64,000 bases of DNA from IMG/VR virus record IMGVR_UViG_3300028840_001395, positions 186,001-250,000 of that record; one strand, given 5' to 3'. Below the pieces are notes generated by a model. It was not told where the DNA came from and did not search any database. It worked only from the letters and a program-made list of their open reading frames with translations. Below are positions 48,161 to 56,043 of this stretch, piece after piece (positions within the stretch are counted from its first letter, which is position 1; each line of letters opens with the position of its first letter). Position numbers and translations under genes: made by a program.

Positions 48161-48796
48161 ATGTACGCCGTGTTCGATGGGATCGATGGTTCGGGCAAGG
48201 ACACCCAGCGCGACCTGCTCCGCATCAAGCTCCGCACCCACAAAGACCAGACTTCGCTCTGCCTCAACGAGCCTGACGAGGCCAACCCCATCGGAAGGCT
48301 CATCCGGCAACTCTTGAAGTCCGGAGAACTTCCCGAGAGTCACGCCCCTCTCTTCGTGGCCGACCGCATCGCGCTCCAGACACTGACTATTGGCCCGGCG
48401 CTCAAGGCCGGGGATTCTGTCCTCTGTTCCCGCAGCTTCCTCTCGACCCTGGTGTATCAGCAGGAGAACTGGCCACTCGACTGGCTGTTCGACCTGCACC
48501 GGGAGTTGCCGATCAAGCCCGACTTCGTGTTCATCCTCGACATCGACCCCAAGGAGAGCCTGGAACGCGCCCAGAAGCGTCCGGGTCACATGGAGTACTA
48601 CGAGAAGCTCCCCATCCAAGAGCGGAACCGGGAGAGATACAAGGCTCTGGTGGACGACTCTCGCTTGCAAGACCTCCTGGCACCGGGCGGCAAGGCTGTT
48701 CTCCTTGACGCCAGTGGGTCGAAGTGGCAAGTCCACAAGCGCGTGCTCGAAGCGATGGGGTGGCACGAAGCCGCAGCGGAGATCATCGATGGGTAA
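48161..48796 (+). CDS. tmk: Thymidylate (dTMP) kinase
   Basis: FDGIDGSGKDTQ, LFVADR, SRSFLSTLVYQ, PDFVFILDIDP. Confidence 0.9.
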   Translation: MYAVFDGIDGSGKDTQRDLLRIKLRTHKDQTSLCLNEPDEANPIGRLIRQLLKSGELPESHAPLFVADRIALQTLTIGPALKAGDSVLCSRSFLSTLVYQQENWPLDWLFDLHRELPIKPDFVFILDIDPKESLERAQKRPGHMEYYEKLPIQERNRERYKALVDDSRLQDLLAPGGKAVLLDASGSKWQVHKRVLEAMGWHEAAAEIIDG

Positions 48797-49319
48797 GAAG
48801 AACAAGGCCCGGAACGCCCAGAAGAAACGCCAGAAATCGGCACTCAAGGATGCTCGCCGCCGGGCTGCCCAGAAACCCAAGCCCCAAGGGTCCAAGAAGC
48901 CCACCGTCACCGAAGAGATGTTCCCCGAAGAGGATCTGGTGTTCTGGCTGGCTCACGGTGTCAACTACCTCGTATCCGACTACGAAAACGCGACCTGGAC
49001 GCCGATGTTCGAGGAGATCTACGAGGGGGCCAAGCTCACGCCGGAGGACATCGCCAAGGCCATCGTGGACAAGTTCGGGGAGTCCTACGAGAAGTGGCCT
49101 CCGGAGGGCGAGGCTGCTCTGGCTTGGTCGGTTCAGCCGAGGGAGACCGTCTACATCTACTTCCTGGAGATCCTGCGTCGGCTGCGGGAGAAGAAGTACT
49201 CTCGGGAGCAGTCCGGGAAGCTGGCTGTGAGTCCGCACAACGGCGTCGTCTGGGGGGTGTTCCGCATGGTCGAGAAGGAGATGTCGGAACGCCGGAAGAA
49301 GAGAGAGGGCAAGGCATGA
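48789..49319 (+). CDS. Hypothetical protein with basic N-terminus
   Basis: MGKKNKARNAQKK... Confidence 0.7.
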   Translation: MGKKNKARNAQKKRQKSALKDARRRAAQKPKPQGSKKPTVTEEMFPEEDLVFWLAHGVNYLVSDYENATWTPMFEEIYEGAKLTPEDIAKAIVDKFGESYEKWPPEGEAALAWSVQPRETVYIYFLEILRRLREKKYSREQSGKLAVSPHNGVVWGVFRMVEKEMSERRKKREGKA

Positions 49320-49576
49320 CCGACCGGGACGGTGTGTTGGAGGTGCTGGCCGAGGCGGATGCGCTACTGGTGGATGGCTTCGAGGGTGCCCTCATCGGCT
49401 ACTGCCAGCAGTTCAACAAGACGGTGGCGCTCTACGACTATGACAAGTGCATCAAGATTCTGATGCAGCGGGATGGCATGGACTGGGATAGTGCCGTCGA
49501 GTTCTTCGAGTTCAACACGCTGGGGGCCTACGTGGGGGAGAAGACTCCCGCTTTTGCTACGCTGATCACGGTCTAG
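49316..49576 (+). CDS. Phage hypothetical protein (DGFEGALIG...FNTLGAYVGEKTP type)
   Basis: Pattern recurs in many phage genomes. Confidence 0.75.
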   Translation: MTDRDGVLEVLAEADALLVDGFEGALIGYCQQFNKTVALYDYDKCIKILMQRDGMDWDSAVEFFEFNTLGAYVGEKTPAFATLITV

Positions 49577-49619
49577 CTCGGTTCTCTCCCTATCCGGCTC
49601 CCCCTGTGAGGAGGCTGTG

Positions 49620-49796
49620 ATGGCCAAGCGACGTTGCTGGCTGTGGCATCGATGGCAGGTCGTGGGAGAACGCGGGCCTGACCGCTACGAAGAGTGCAAG
49701 GACTGTGGCCTTCGACGGGTTCGGAAGTTCAAGATGGTCGAGTCACCTATCGACAAGGACTGGCTCTCTGGAAGAAAGGAAACCCTCGATGACTGA
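49620..49796 (+). CDS. Small Zn-binding protein (58 aa)
   Basis: CWLWH...CKDC; GAGGAGG RBS; translated by hand. Confidence 0.6.
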   Translation: MAKRRCWLWHRWQVVGERGPDRYEECKDCGLRRVRKFKMVESPIDKDWLSGRKETLDD

Positions 49797-50352
49797 CAAG
49801 GAAAAGCTCCTCAGCCTCCTGAAGACCCTCTCCTACAAGGAAGGCACCTTCACCCTGAAGTCCGGGCGGGAGTCCGACTTCTACATCGACTGTCGCCTGA
49901 CCTCGTTCCATCCCGAAGGCAGCTTCCTCTGTGGCGTCGAGATGCACGAGATCATCCAGACACACTTCCCCGACGCGGTGGCCGTCGCGGGGGTGCCCAC
50001 CGGGGCCATCCCCCTGGCCACCTCGGTCACCAATCGCAGCTACCAGATCGGCAAGCGTCCGCTGCCCCAGATCGGTATCCGCAAGGATGCCAAGGCCCAC
50101 GGCAATGACCCCGGCTCCCTGCTGATCAACCACAAGCAGTTCGATGAAGGGGCCGAGGTCGTCCTTCTGGAAGACGTGACCACCACGGGCGGTAGCGTCC
50201 TCAAGGCGGCGGCGATTCTGGAAGCGGCAGGCTTCGAGGTCATCGGCATCATCGTCCTGGTAGACCGCCAGGAGGGGTCGCGGGAGACCATCGAGCACGC
50301 GGGCTACGACATGGAGGCCGTGTTCACCCGGAAGGACGTGAAGGGCGAGTGA
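49789..50352 (+). CDS. pyrE: Orotate phosphoribosyltransferase
   Basis: FTLKSGRESDFYIDCR, GVPTGAIP, IRKDAKAHG, VLLEDVTTTGGS (PRPP motif), LVDRQEG. Confidence 0.93.
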   Translation: MTDKEKLLSLLKTLSYKEGTFTLKSGRESDFYIDCRLTSFHPEGSFLCGVEMHEIIQTHFPDAVAVAGVPTGAIPLATSVTNRSYQIGKRPLPQIGIRKDAKAHGNDPGSLLINHKQFDEGAEVVLLEDVTTTGGSVLKAAAILEAAGFEVIGIIVLVDRQEGSRETIEHAGYDMEAVFTRKDVKGE

Positions 50353-51119
50353 CCCTCGTTGAGGCCATCAAGCACGCCGAAGAGATTGGGGCGGGAGACT
50401 GCGCCTGTGCAGCCGAGCACGTCCAACTCGCGGGGTGGCTCCGAGAGCTACGGACGGCACGGGTCAAGCTCGACCTGGCCGATGAGCTGATCGGGGACTT
50501 CTGTGACTACCAGTGCGACCGGGCCGAAGAGAACGGTGGCGACCCGTGCCCCGAGATTCTGGACGACGACGGCGAGCCTATGTTCGAGGATCCAGACGAC
50601 TGGTGCCCCTTCTGCCGGGCGCGGGACTGGGTAGGGACAGAGTGACATGGCACCGCTGATCGAGATCTGGGCGGATTTCAACGCCAAGCTGGAAGATGAG
50701 CGCATCAGCCTGATGACCCGAGGCTCCCAGGCAGCGATCAACGACTACTGGCGTGAGGGGAACGCGGTCGGCAACAAGGTGTTCCTCTGCGACGGCGAGA
50801 TCGGTTGCGTGGCCATCATCGAGGAAGCCGAACCCGGTTACCTGGTGGGTCGGCCCATCACCCCCTACATGGACGTGAACGACTGATGGCACTCGTAGAA
50901 CCCCGCATCATCAAGCTCACAGAGGACGTGCCCGATGCCTTTCGGGGCGAGATCATCCCCATCGACACGGTGGGCGAGATTCTGGTTCGGGAGTGGGTGG
51001 CTGGTCGGCAGGTCTGGTTCGTGGAGTTCGTGGTGGTCACTTCGGTAGGCAGCGAGGTCACGATGCACGCGGACGTGTTCCCCGATCAGGCTGTCTTGTT
51101 CGACCCAGGGGATGATTAG
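50349..51119 (+). other. Three small hypothetical CDSs (50349-50645 Cys-rich, 50647-50886, 50886-51119)
   Basis: Contiguous coupled ORFs. Confidence 0.6.
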
Positions 51120-51274
51120 AGGGTGAAGTCGATCACGGCGATGCCCCGCTCCGGCTCCTCGTCCTCCAGCGCCTCCGGCGGCGGCTCGGGAAGCGGGAGC
51201 TGCAGGGTGGGCTGATTCTCCGCCGGGCGATCCTCCCGGCGGAGCTTGTCCAGTCGGTCTTTCCACCAGGTCAT
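51116..51274 (-). CDS. 52-aa Pro/acidic protein (PTLQLPLP...EEPERGIAVIDF)
   Basis: Own motif promoter and GAGGAGG RBS; resembles small proteins I associate with myxobacteria. Confidence 0.7.
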   Translation of the reverse strand: MTWWKDRLDKLRREDRPAENQPTLQLPLPEPPPEALEDEEPERGIAVIDFTL

Positions 51275-51293
51275 CGAGCACCTCCTCTCATCT

Positions 51294-51322
51294 AGACTAC
51301 TCTGTCGAACCCCGAAGTAAGA
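51294..51322 (-). promoter_or_regulatory. Phage motif promoter copy 17 (back-to-back pair)
   Basis: TCTTAC-N17-TAGTCT. Confidence 0.8.
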
Positions 51323-51327
51323 CGGGG

Positions 51328-51356
51328 GCTTACTCGCGTGCGGAATGGAGTAGTCT
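51328..51356 (+). promoter_or_regulatory. Phage motif promoter copy 18 (back-to-back pair)
   Basis: GCTTAC-N17-TAGTCT. Confidence 0.8.
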
Positions 51357-51373
51357 GGGTGTGGAGGTGCCAC

Positions 51374-52240
51374 ATGCCCAAGTATGGCAACATCCCGACC
51401 CGGCTCAAGGTGTTCCTGCGGGCGGCTATCCAGTTCAAGCGGCCCCACGGGGACGCAGTGCAGTGCTGTCCGGCCTTCGTGACCGACCTGGACAGGCCCA
51501 AGACCCACGACACCGCCCGCCGATGGGCGGGTCGTGCCCAGTACAACCCCTCCTACGCGGTGGTCTACCCGAACACCAAGGTCGAGGGATTGGGGCAGGA
51601 CAACAAGCCCATCCCCAGCGTCACGTTGGTCGGTACGGACGCCCGGCAAGAGGGTGGCTTCGCCTTCAAGGTGGTGACCCCGGAGGGCTGGCTCGTGGAC
51701 CTCCGCAAGGAGGAGTTCTACGAGGTGCTGTTCAAGAAGGGCATCCCCAAGTCCGGCAAGATGGTGGGGCCGTTCCAGTGGGTCGTCAACGGCAGCCAGA
51801 TGCGGCTCACGCTGGTCGGGTCGAGGCTCTACAAGGAGATCGAGGAACTGTCCAAGATCCGCAAGAAGCCTCGGAAGGGCAAGCTCGGGATTCGTGACCT
51901 CGAAGTCGGGGGAGTCTACACGAGCCAGGGTGGCAACAACTACGGATGCGATGCCGTCTTCCTGGGCCGTGCCCGCTTCGACGGCAAGCTCAAGTGCGCC
52001 TGGGTCTACGTCGCCGGGCACTACAGCTCGGTAGCCGGGTATCAGACGGCCTACCAGCGGGCGCTCAAGGAGGGGTGGAATCGGCCCGTTGTGGTCCTGA
52101 CCAGCGGTTGCTCCTACACGGAGTGCGTTGGTAAGGTGGATCTGAAGCCGAACCCGCGTGAGTCTCCGATGACGGAGCACGTCGAGTTCCAGGACGGCTA
52201 CGGGACGAAGCTGTATCGCCCCCGAGTGACGGAGTGGTAG
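51374..52240 (+). CDS. Hypothetical protein (~288 aa)
   Basis: Promoter and GGAGG RBS; FKVVTPEGWLVDLR...F.WV..GSQMRL. Confidence 0.75.
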   Translation: MPKYGNIPTRLKVFLRAAIQFKRPHGDAVQCCPAFVTDLDRPKTHDTARRWAGRAQYNPSYAVVYPNTKVEGLGQDNKPIPSVTLVGTDARQEGGFAFKVVTPEGWLVDLRKEEFYEVLFKKGIPKSGKMVGPFQWVVNGSQMRLTLVGSRLYKEIEELSKIRKKPRKGKLGIRDLEVGGVYTSQGGNNYGCDAVFLGRARFDGKLKCAWVYVAGHYSSVAGYQTAYQRALKEGWNRPVVVLTSGCSYTECVGKVDLKPNPRESPMTEHVEFQDGYGTKLYRPRVTEW

Positions 52241-52242
52241 AG

Positions 52243-52713
52243 ATGGACATCAAATCCAAGGGCAAGTACCCGTCGAACGCACTGTCGAACTTCGCCCCGC
52301 ATCCGTTCTACCTGGACGGCATCCTGTGCAACTCGATGGAGGGGTTCCTCCAGTCGCTCAAGTTCGACAAGCCGCACATCCAGGCTGAAGTCTGCAAGCT
52401 GACGGGTCTGGCGGCGAAGAAGCGTGGGTCGAAGCGCACCAAGACCTGGCAGAAGGTACAGAGGCTCTGGTGGCAGGGACAGATCTACGACCGGCACGGA
52501 GAGAGCTACCAGCGGCTGCTCGACCGGGCCTACGCTGCTTTGGCCAAGAACGAGAAGTTCAAGAAGGCCCTCCTCGCCACGGGTGACGCCGTGCTGACCC
52601 ACAGCATCGGGCACTCCAACGCCCGTCAGACTATCCTGACCGAGCGGGAGTTCGTCCGGCGGCTCATGGCAATGCGGAAGGTTCTCCAGTGGAAGGAGGA
52701 GGCCGAGGGATGA
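52243..52713 (+). CDS. NADAR-family protein (T4 gp30.3/YbiA-like ADP-ribosylhydrolase fold)
   Basis: ALSNFAPHPFYLDG...SMEGFLQSLK, LWWQG, NEKFKKALLATG, ILTEREF. Confidence 0.82.
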   Translation: MDIKSKGKYPSNALSNFAPHPFYLDGILCNSMEGFLQSLKFDKPHIQAEVCKLTGLAAKKRGSKRTKTWQKVQRLWWQGQIYDRHGESYQRLLDRAYAALAKNEKFKKALLATGDAVLTHSIGHSNARQTILTEREFVRRLMAMRKVLQWKEEAEG

Positions 52714-53003
52714 AGCCCGCACGCATCAAGTTCCTGACCGCCGAGGAGGGTGGCCGGAAGGCTCCCCCACAACACGACAGGCCCTTCAACTACCGGACTC
52801 ACGCGGGGCCGACAACCGACCACAACGACGCCTCGTGGACGCTCGTAGTCGAGTTCGAGAAGAATCCAGGGGCCGGGCAGTGGGAGGACTGCACGGTCAA
52901 CTACCTGGCCTACAACCATCCCAAGTGCCCGCCGCTGACGCCGGGCACCGAGCTTTTCTTGTTCGAGGGCTACAGGATCGTGGCGCTCGTCAAGGTGGCC
53001 TGA
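52710..53003 (+). CDS. Stand-alone EF-Tu domain III-like protein
   Basis: FLTAEEGGRKAP...YR...LTPGTELFLFEGYRIVA matches the EF-Tu C-terminal pattern LSKDEGGRHTP...FAIREGGRTVG. Confidence 0.6.
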   Translation: MKPARIKFLTAEEGGRKAPPQHDRPFNYRTHAGPTTDHNDASWTLVVEFEKNPGAGQWEDCTVNYLAYNHPKCPPLTPGTELFLFEGYRIVALVKVA

Positions 53004-53485
53004 TGCGCCAGAAGCTCATCTTCCTCGACATCGACGGGGTGCTGAACAACTCCGGCTGGTGGGAGAAGCTCTACGCCGATCAGTCACAGAGTCCCTATCT
53101 GTTCGACCCCCAGAACGTCACGTCCCTCAACATGATCCTCGACCAGACCGGAGCGAACATCGTGATCTCGTCGGCCTGGCGGCACGGCAAGAAGCTCAAC
53201 TGGCTCAAGAAACACCTGCGGAAGCAAGGCGTCCGAGGTCACGTCCTCGGTGTCACACCCGATGGCTGGAACATCAAGAGCTTCCCCGAAAACTGGGTTC
53301 GGGGTCACGAGATCGAACTCTGGCTCAAGAGGCATACGGACGGGAAGGCCGTGTTCGTCATTCTGGATGACGACGATGACATGGGGCCGCTGATGGACCG
53401 GCTCGTCCAGACGGATATGAAGTACGGGCTGACGCCGGAACTGGCGGCGAAAGCGACCCGGATGCTCAAGGGGGTGACCTGGTGA
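53003..53485 (+). CDS. HAD phosphatase, Swiss-Army-Knife RNA-repair type (HAD_SAK_2)
   Basis: IFLDIDGVL, IVISSAWR, RGHEIELWL, FVILDD, VQTD..YGLT. Confidence 0.85.
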   Translation: MRQKLIFLDIDGVLNNSGWWEKLYADQSQSPYLFDPQNVTSLNMILDQTGANIVISSAWRHGKKLNWLKKHLRKQGVRGHVLGVTPDGWNIKSFPENWVRGHEIELWLKRHTDGKAVFVILDDDDDMGPLMDRLVQTDMKYGLTPELAAKATRMLKGVTW

Positions 53486-53922
53486 GCGAACCCACGACCT
53501 CGGAAGAGATGCGGGTCAAGCTGGTCGAGCTATATCAGGCGATGTACAGCTTGACGGAGCCGGAGTGTGCCTGCGAGTGCAAGATTCCCCGCTCCTGCTG
53601 CTCTCCCGAGTACTGCGAGATGACCATCTCCCATGCGAAGGAGAGGTGGGGTGTCGAGTTGGTGAGGACGGCCCACGCCCGGCTGCCCTTGATGGGGGAC
53701 AAGGGTTGCGTGGCTGCCCCGCACTTGCGACCGATGTGTACCTTGCACACTTGCACGATCAACTCCCTCGGTTTCAAGCCCAACGACCCCGAGTGGAACG
53801 ACAAGTACTTCGACCTGCGGGGTCAGATCGATGCCCTGGAGTACAATCTGACGTGCGAACTGGAGCGCGTCAAGTCCGAAGATTCTGGGCCTCGTCCGGA
53901 TACTTCTTCAGCAGCGCCCTGA
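53482..53922 (+). CDS. Cys-rich hypothetical protein
   Basis: CACECK..SCCSPEYC...C..APHLRPMCTLHTC. Confidence 0.7.
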   Translation: MSEPTTSEEMRVKLVELYQAMYSLTEPECACECKIPRSCCSPEYCEMTISHAKERWGVELVRTAHARLPLMGDKGCVAAPHLRPMCTLHTCTINSLGFKPNDPEWNDKYFDLRGQIDALEYNLTCELERVKSEDSGPRPDTSSAAP

Positions 53923-54340
53923 GCTGTTCCCGCTCCCGCCGCTCCCGCTGCTCCGCCAGTCGCTTCGCCACCCGCTGACGCTCCCGCTCTTCCCGCTCCT
54001 TCTTCTCCTTGGCTTCGGCACGGGCCTTGGTCTCCCACTCGTCGCTCCACAGATCCTCGATGTCGAAGGTCTCGGTGTAGTAGTCATAGTCACCGCAGCG
54101 CCCGTACTCCTTCCACTCGATGGTGATCCAGCCATCCTCGTCGTGGAAGTCGAGGCTGCCGTCCTCATCATCGTCGGCCAGGTTCGAGATGTTGATGTAG
54201 CCGTGGTCGTAGTCCGGGTCGAACTCGCTCCGCAGGTCCACGTAGTCCTGGATCATGTCGGTCAGTTCCCAGGTCGCCTCGTCCTTCTCGCGGGACTCCT
54301 TGAGGGCCTGGAGCACTTCCTGCTTGGTTGCGATAGCCAT
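53870..54340 (-). CDS. Acidic coiled-coil hypothetical protein
   Basis: MAIATKQEV...; TGATG coupling. Confidence 0.7.
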   Translation of the reverse strand: MAIATKQEVLQALKESREKDEATWELTDMIQDYVDLRSEFDPDYDHGYINISNLADDDEDGSLDFHDEDGWITIEWKEYGRCGDYDYYTETFDIEDLWSDEWETKARAEAKEKKEREERERQRVAKRLAEQRERREREQLRALLKKYPDEAQNLRT

Positions 54341-54570
54341 CACTTCACCCCCGCCTTCTGCATGTTGCCCTCGGAGGTGATCACGAGCATCTTCTTCGGA
54401 ATCAAGGCCTCGAACACCCCGCGCTTGCTTTTGAAGCTCAGGCAGTGGGAGGCCCGTTCCTCGGTGATCGGCTGGCCCCCCTTGTCCTTCTCGCAGTAGC
54501 AGAGGGAGCCTTCCTTCCACCAGCACTTCCAGCAGCACACCGGGAGGCCCTTGTAGGTCGAGATAGCCAT
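54340..54570 (-). CDS. Small Cys-rich hypothetical protein
   Basis: MAISTYKG..CCWKC...CYC...C. Confidence 0.65.
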   Translation of the reverse strand: MAISTYKGLPVCCWKCWWKEGSLCYCEKDKGGQPITEERASHCLSFKSKRGVFEALIPKKMLVITSEGNMQKAGVK

Positions 54571-55256
54571 CACGCCACCTCCGACTTCAGCTTCGTCTCG
54601 GCCTCGCGGAGCGCGACCTCCGCAGCCTTGACCTCGGCCTCGGCCCGCTCCAGGGCGGACTCGCACCGCTGGAGGTTGTCCTGCTCCCGCTTGACGGCGG
54701 ACTCCTTGTACTGCAGCGTGCTCTTGGCGTTCAACGCCCGGCGGCGAGCGGTCATCAACTCGTTCTTGGCCTTGGTCAGCCGGGCTGCCTCCTCGAAGGC
54801 AGCCCCCACCTTGGTCGCGGACACGTCCCCGGCGTCGAACCAGAGCTTGATGGCGGACAGCACCATGTCCTTGCTCGGGCCACCGTAGTAGAAGGCGTAC
54901 TCCGCGATCAGCTTCGGGTCGGGCTTGTTGTCCTCGCGGCACTTGCTCTCCATCTGCTTGTAGGTGCGGCCCCGCAGGTAGCCGTAGGCCAGCAGCCGGT
55001 GGCGGCGCTGACGGCCTCCCTGCTGCCCGTGGTCGCGCCAGACGCTCTCCTGCTTCCACAGCTCGTTGAGCTTCCGCTTGTGGTTGCCCTTGTCCTTGAA
55101 GCCCTTGTCACCCCGCTCCCACAGGTCGTGGTACTGCTGCTTGGCCTTGGCGGAGCCACGGCGGGCCAGGGTGGTCACAGCGGCACTGTACTTGATCTGG
55201 GCCTTGAGGCGGGCCACCCAGTTCCAGTATGCGGTCTTGTCGGTCTTGGTATCCAT
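54570..55256 (-). CDS. Hypothetical protein (RHRLLAYGYLRGRTY motif, C-terminal coiled coil)
   Basis: CAGGAGG RBS; motif recurs in phage proteins. Confidence 0.75.
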   Translation of the reverse strand: MDTKTDKTAYWNWVARLKAQIKYSAAVTTLARRGSAKAKQQYHDLWERGDKGFKDKGNHKRKLNELWKQESVWRDHGQQGGRQRRHRLLAYGYLRGRTYKQMESKCREDNKPDPKLIAEYAFYYGGPSKDMVLSAIKLWFDAGDVSATKVGAAFEEAARLTKAKNELMTARRRALNAKSTLQYKESAVKREQDNLQRCESALERAEAEVKAAEVALREAETKLKSEVA

Positions 55257-55385
55257 CTCACGTTCCTCCTGAAACACGAATAGCGTTAGTCCTTCGAGGG
55301 AACCAACGCTACTAGGAGGACCGCGAGCCTATGGCGGGTGTCGGCCCTACGTGAAGCTGGTGTAGTAGTTCTTCATCACGCCCCC

Positions 55386-55414
55386 ATAGTAGGGGCCTTC
55401 TGGCCCCGTGTCAA
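55386..55414 (-). promoter_or_regulatory. Host sigma70-type promoter
   Basis: TTGACA-N17-TACTAT, near-consensus. Confidence 0.75.
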
Positions 55415-55929
55415 GATCCTTCTCCGCCTTCCATGACCGCCAGCATCGACCGGAACGTCGCCCCATCGTCCGTGGGGCCAGGAACGAGAACCTCTTTCCA
55501 GTTCGAGCCTATCTGCTTGATGACCCCCAACCGGAACTTGATGATGGCCTTGGCCTCGACCTGGCGGATGCGCTCACGGGTCAGGTTGAACAGCTCACCC
55601 ACCTTCTCCAAGGTGAGGCCATCTGGATTCCTCTCGGCCACGTCGAGGACACAGCTCTCCCCTCCGATGTGCTCTCCCGCTTCGACCTCGGGGAAGTTCG
55701 GCATGATGGAGCCAGCGTGGCTCACGTCGAGGTAGAGGTTGTACTTGCAGGTGACGTAGGGACAGGGCCGAACCCCGTGCCTGCAATGCGCCCGGAGACG
55801 GGGGAGATGACGGGGTGTCCTCGGCCCCTGGAGAGGTTCTTCGTTGTTGACCGGGATGGTCTTCTTGAACTTGCGTTTCGGGTTCATCTCGGGATCGATC
55901 TGAAGTGCTGTGGCTCCTTCTTCCATCAC
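55411..55929 (-). CDS. Stand-alone sigma-70 region 4 HTH protein with Cys-containing N-terminal domain
   Basis: LTLEKVGELFNLTRERIRQVEAKAI (sigma region 4.2); RPCPYVTCKYNLYLDV...CVLDVAE; no sigma region 2. Confidence 0.85.
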   Translation of the reverse strand: MMEEGATALQIDPEMNPKRKFKKTIPVNNEEPLQGPRTPRHLPRLRAHCRHGVRPCPYVTCKYNLYLDVSHAGSIMPNFPEVEAGEHIGGESCVLDVAERNPDGLTLEKVGELFNLTRERIRQVEAKAIIKFRLGVIKQIGSNWKEVLVPGPTDDGATFRSMLAVMEGGEGS

Positions 55930-55942
55930 TTCCTCACGTTCA

Positions 55943-56033
55943 TGGTCGCTCCGACAGGAATCGAACCTGCGATGCGGGTGTCACCCCGAGCGGATTTAGA
56001 GTCCGCCTCCTTCGACCACTCGGACACGGAGCG
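55943..56033 (-). tRNA. Amber-suppressor tRNA (anticodon CUA), class II, encoded CCA
   Basis: CGCTCCG/CGGAGCG acceptor + A73 + CCA; D arm TCC-GAGTGGTCGAA-GGA; GCGGA-CTCTAAA-TCCGC; 19-nt variable arm; GCAGG-TTCGATT-CCTGT. Confidence 0.9.
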
Positions 56034-56043
56034 ATTGAAGTGT

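Noticed and set aside
55943-56033. tRNA-Pyl or tRNA-Sec
   Set aside because: It has a long variable arm, 5-bp anticodon stem, normal D loop and 7/5 fold; tRNA-Pyl has a tiny variable loop and 6-bp anticodon stem, and tRNA-Sec has UCA with an extended acceptor; no pyl genes seen
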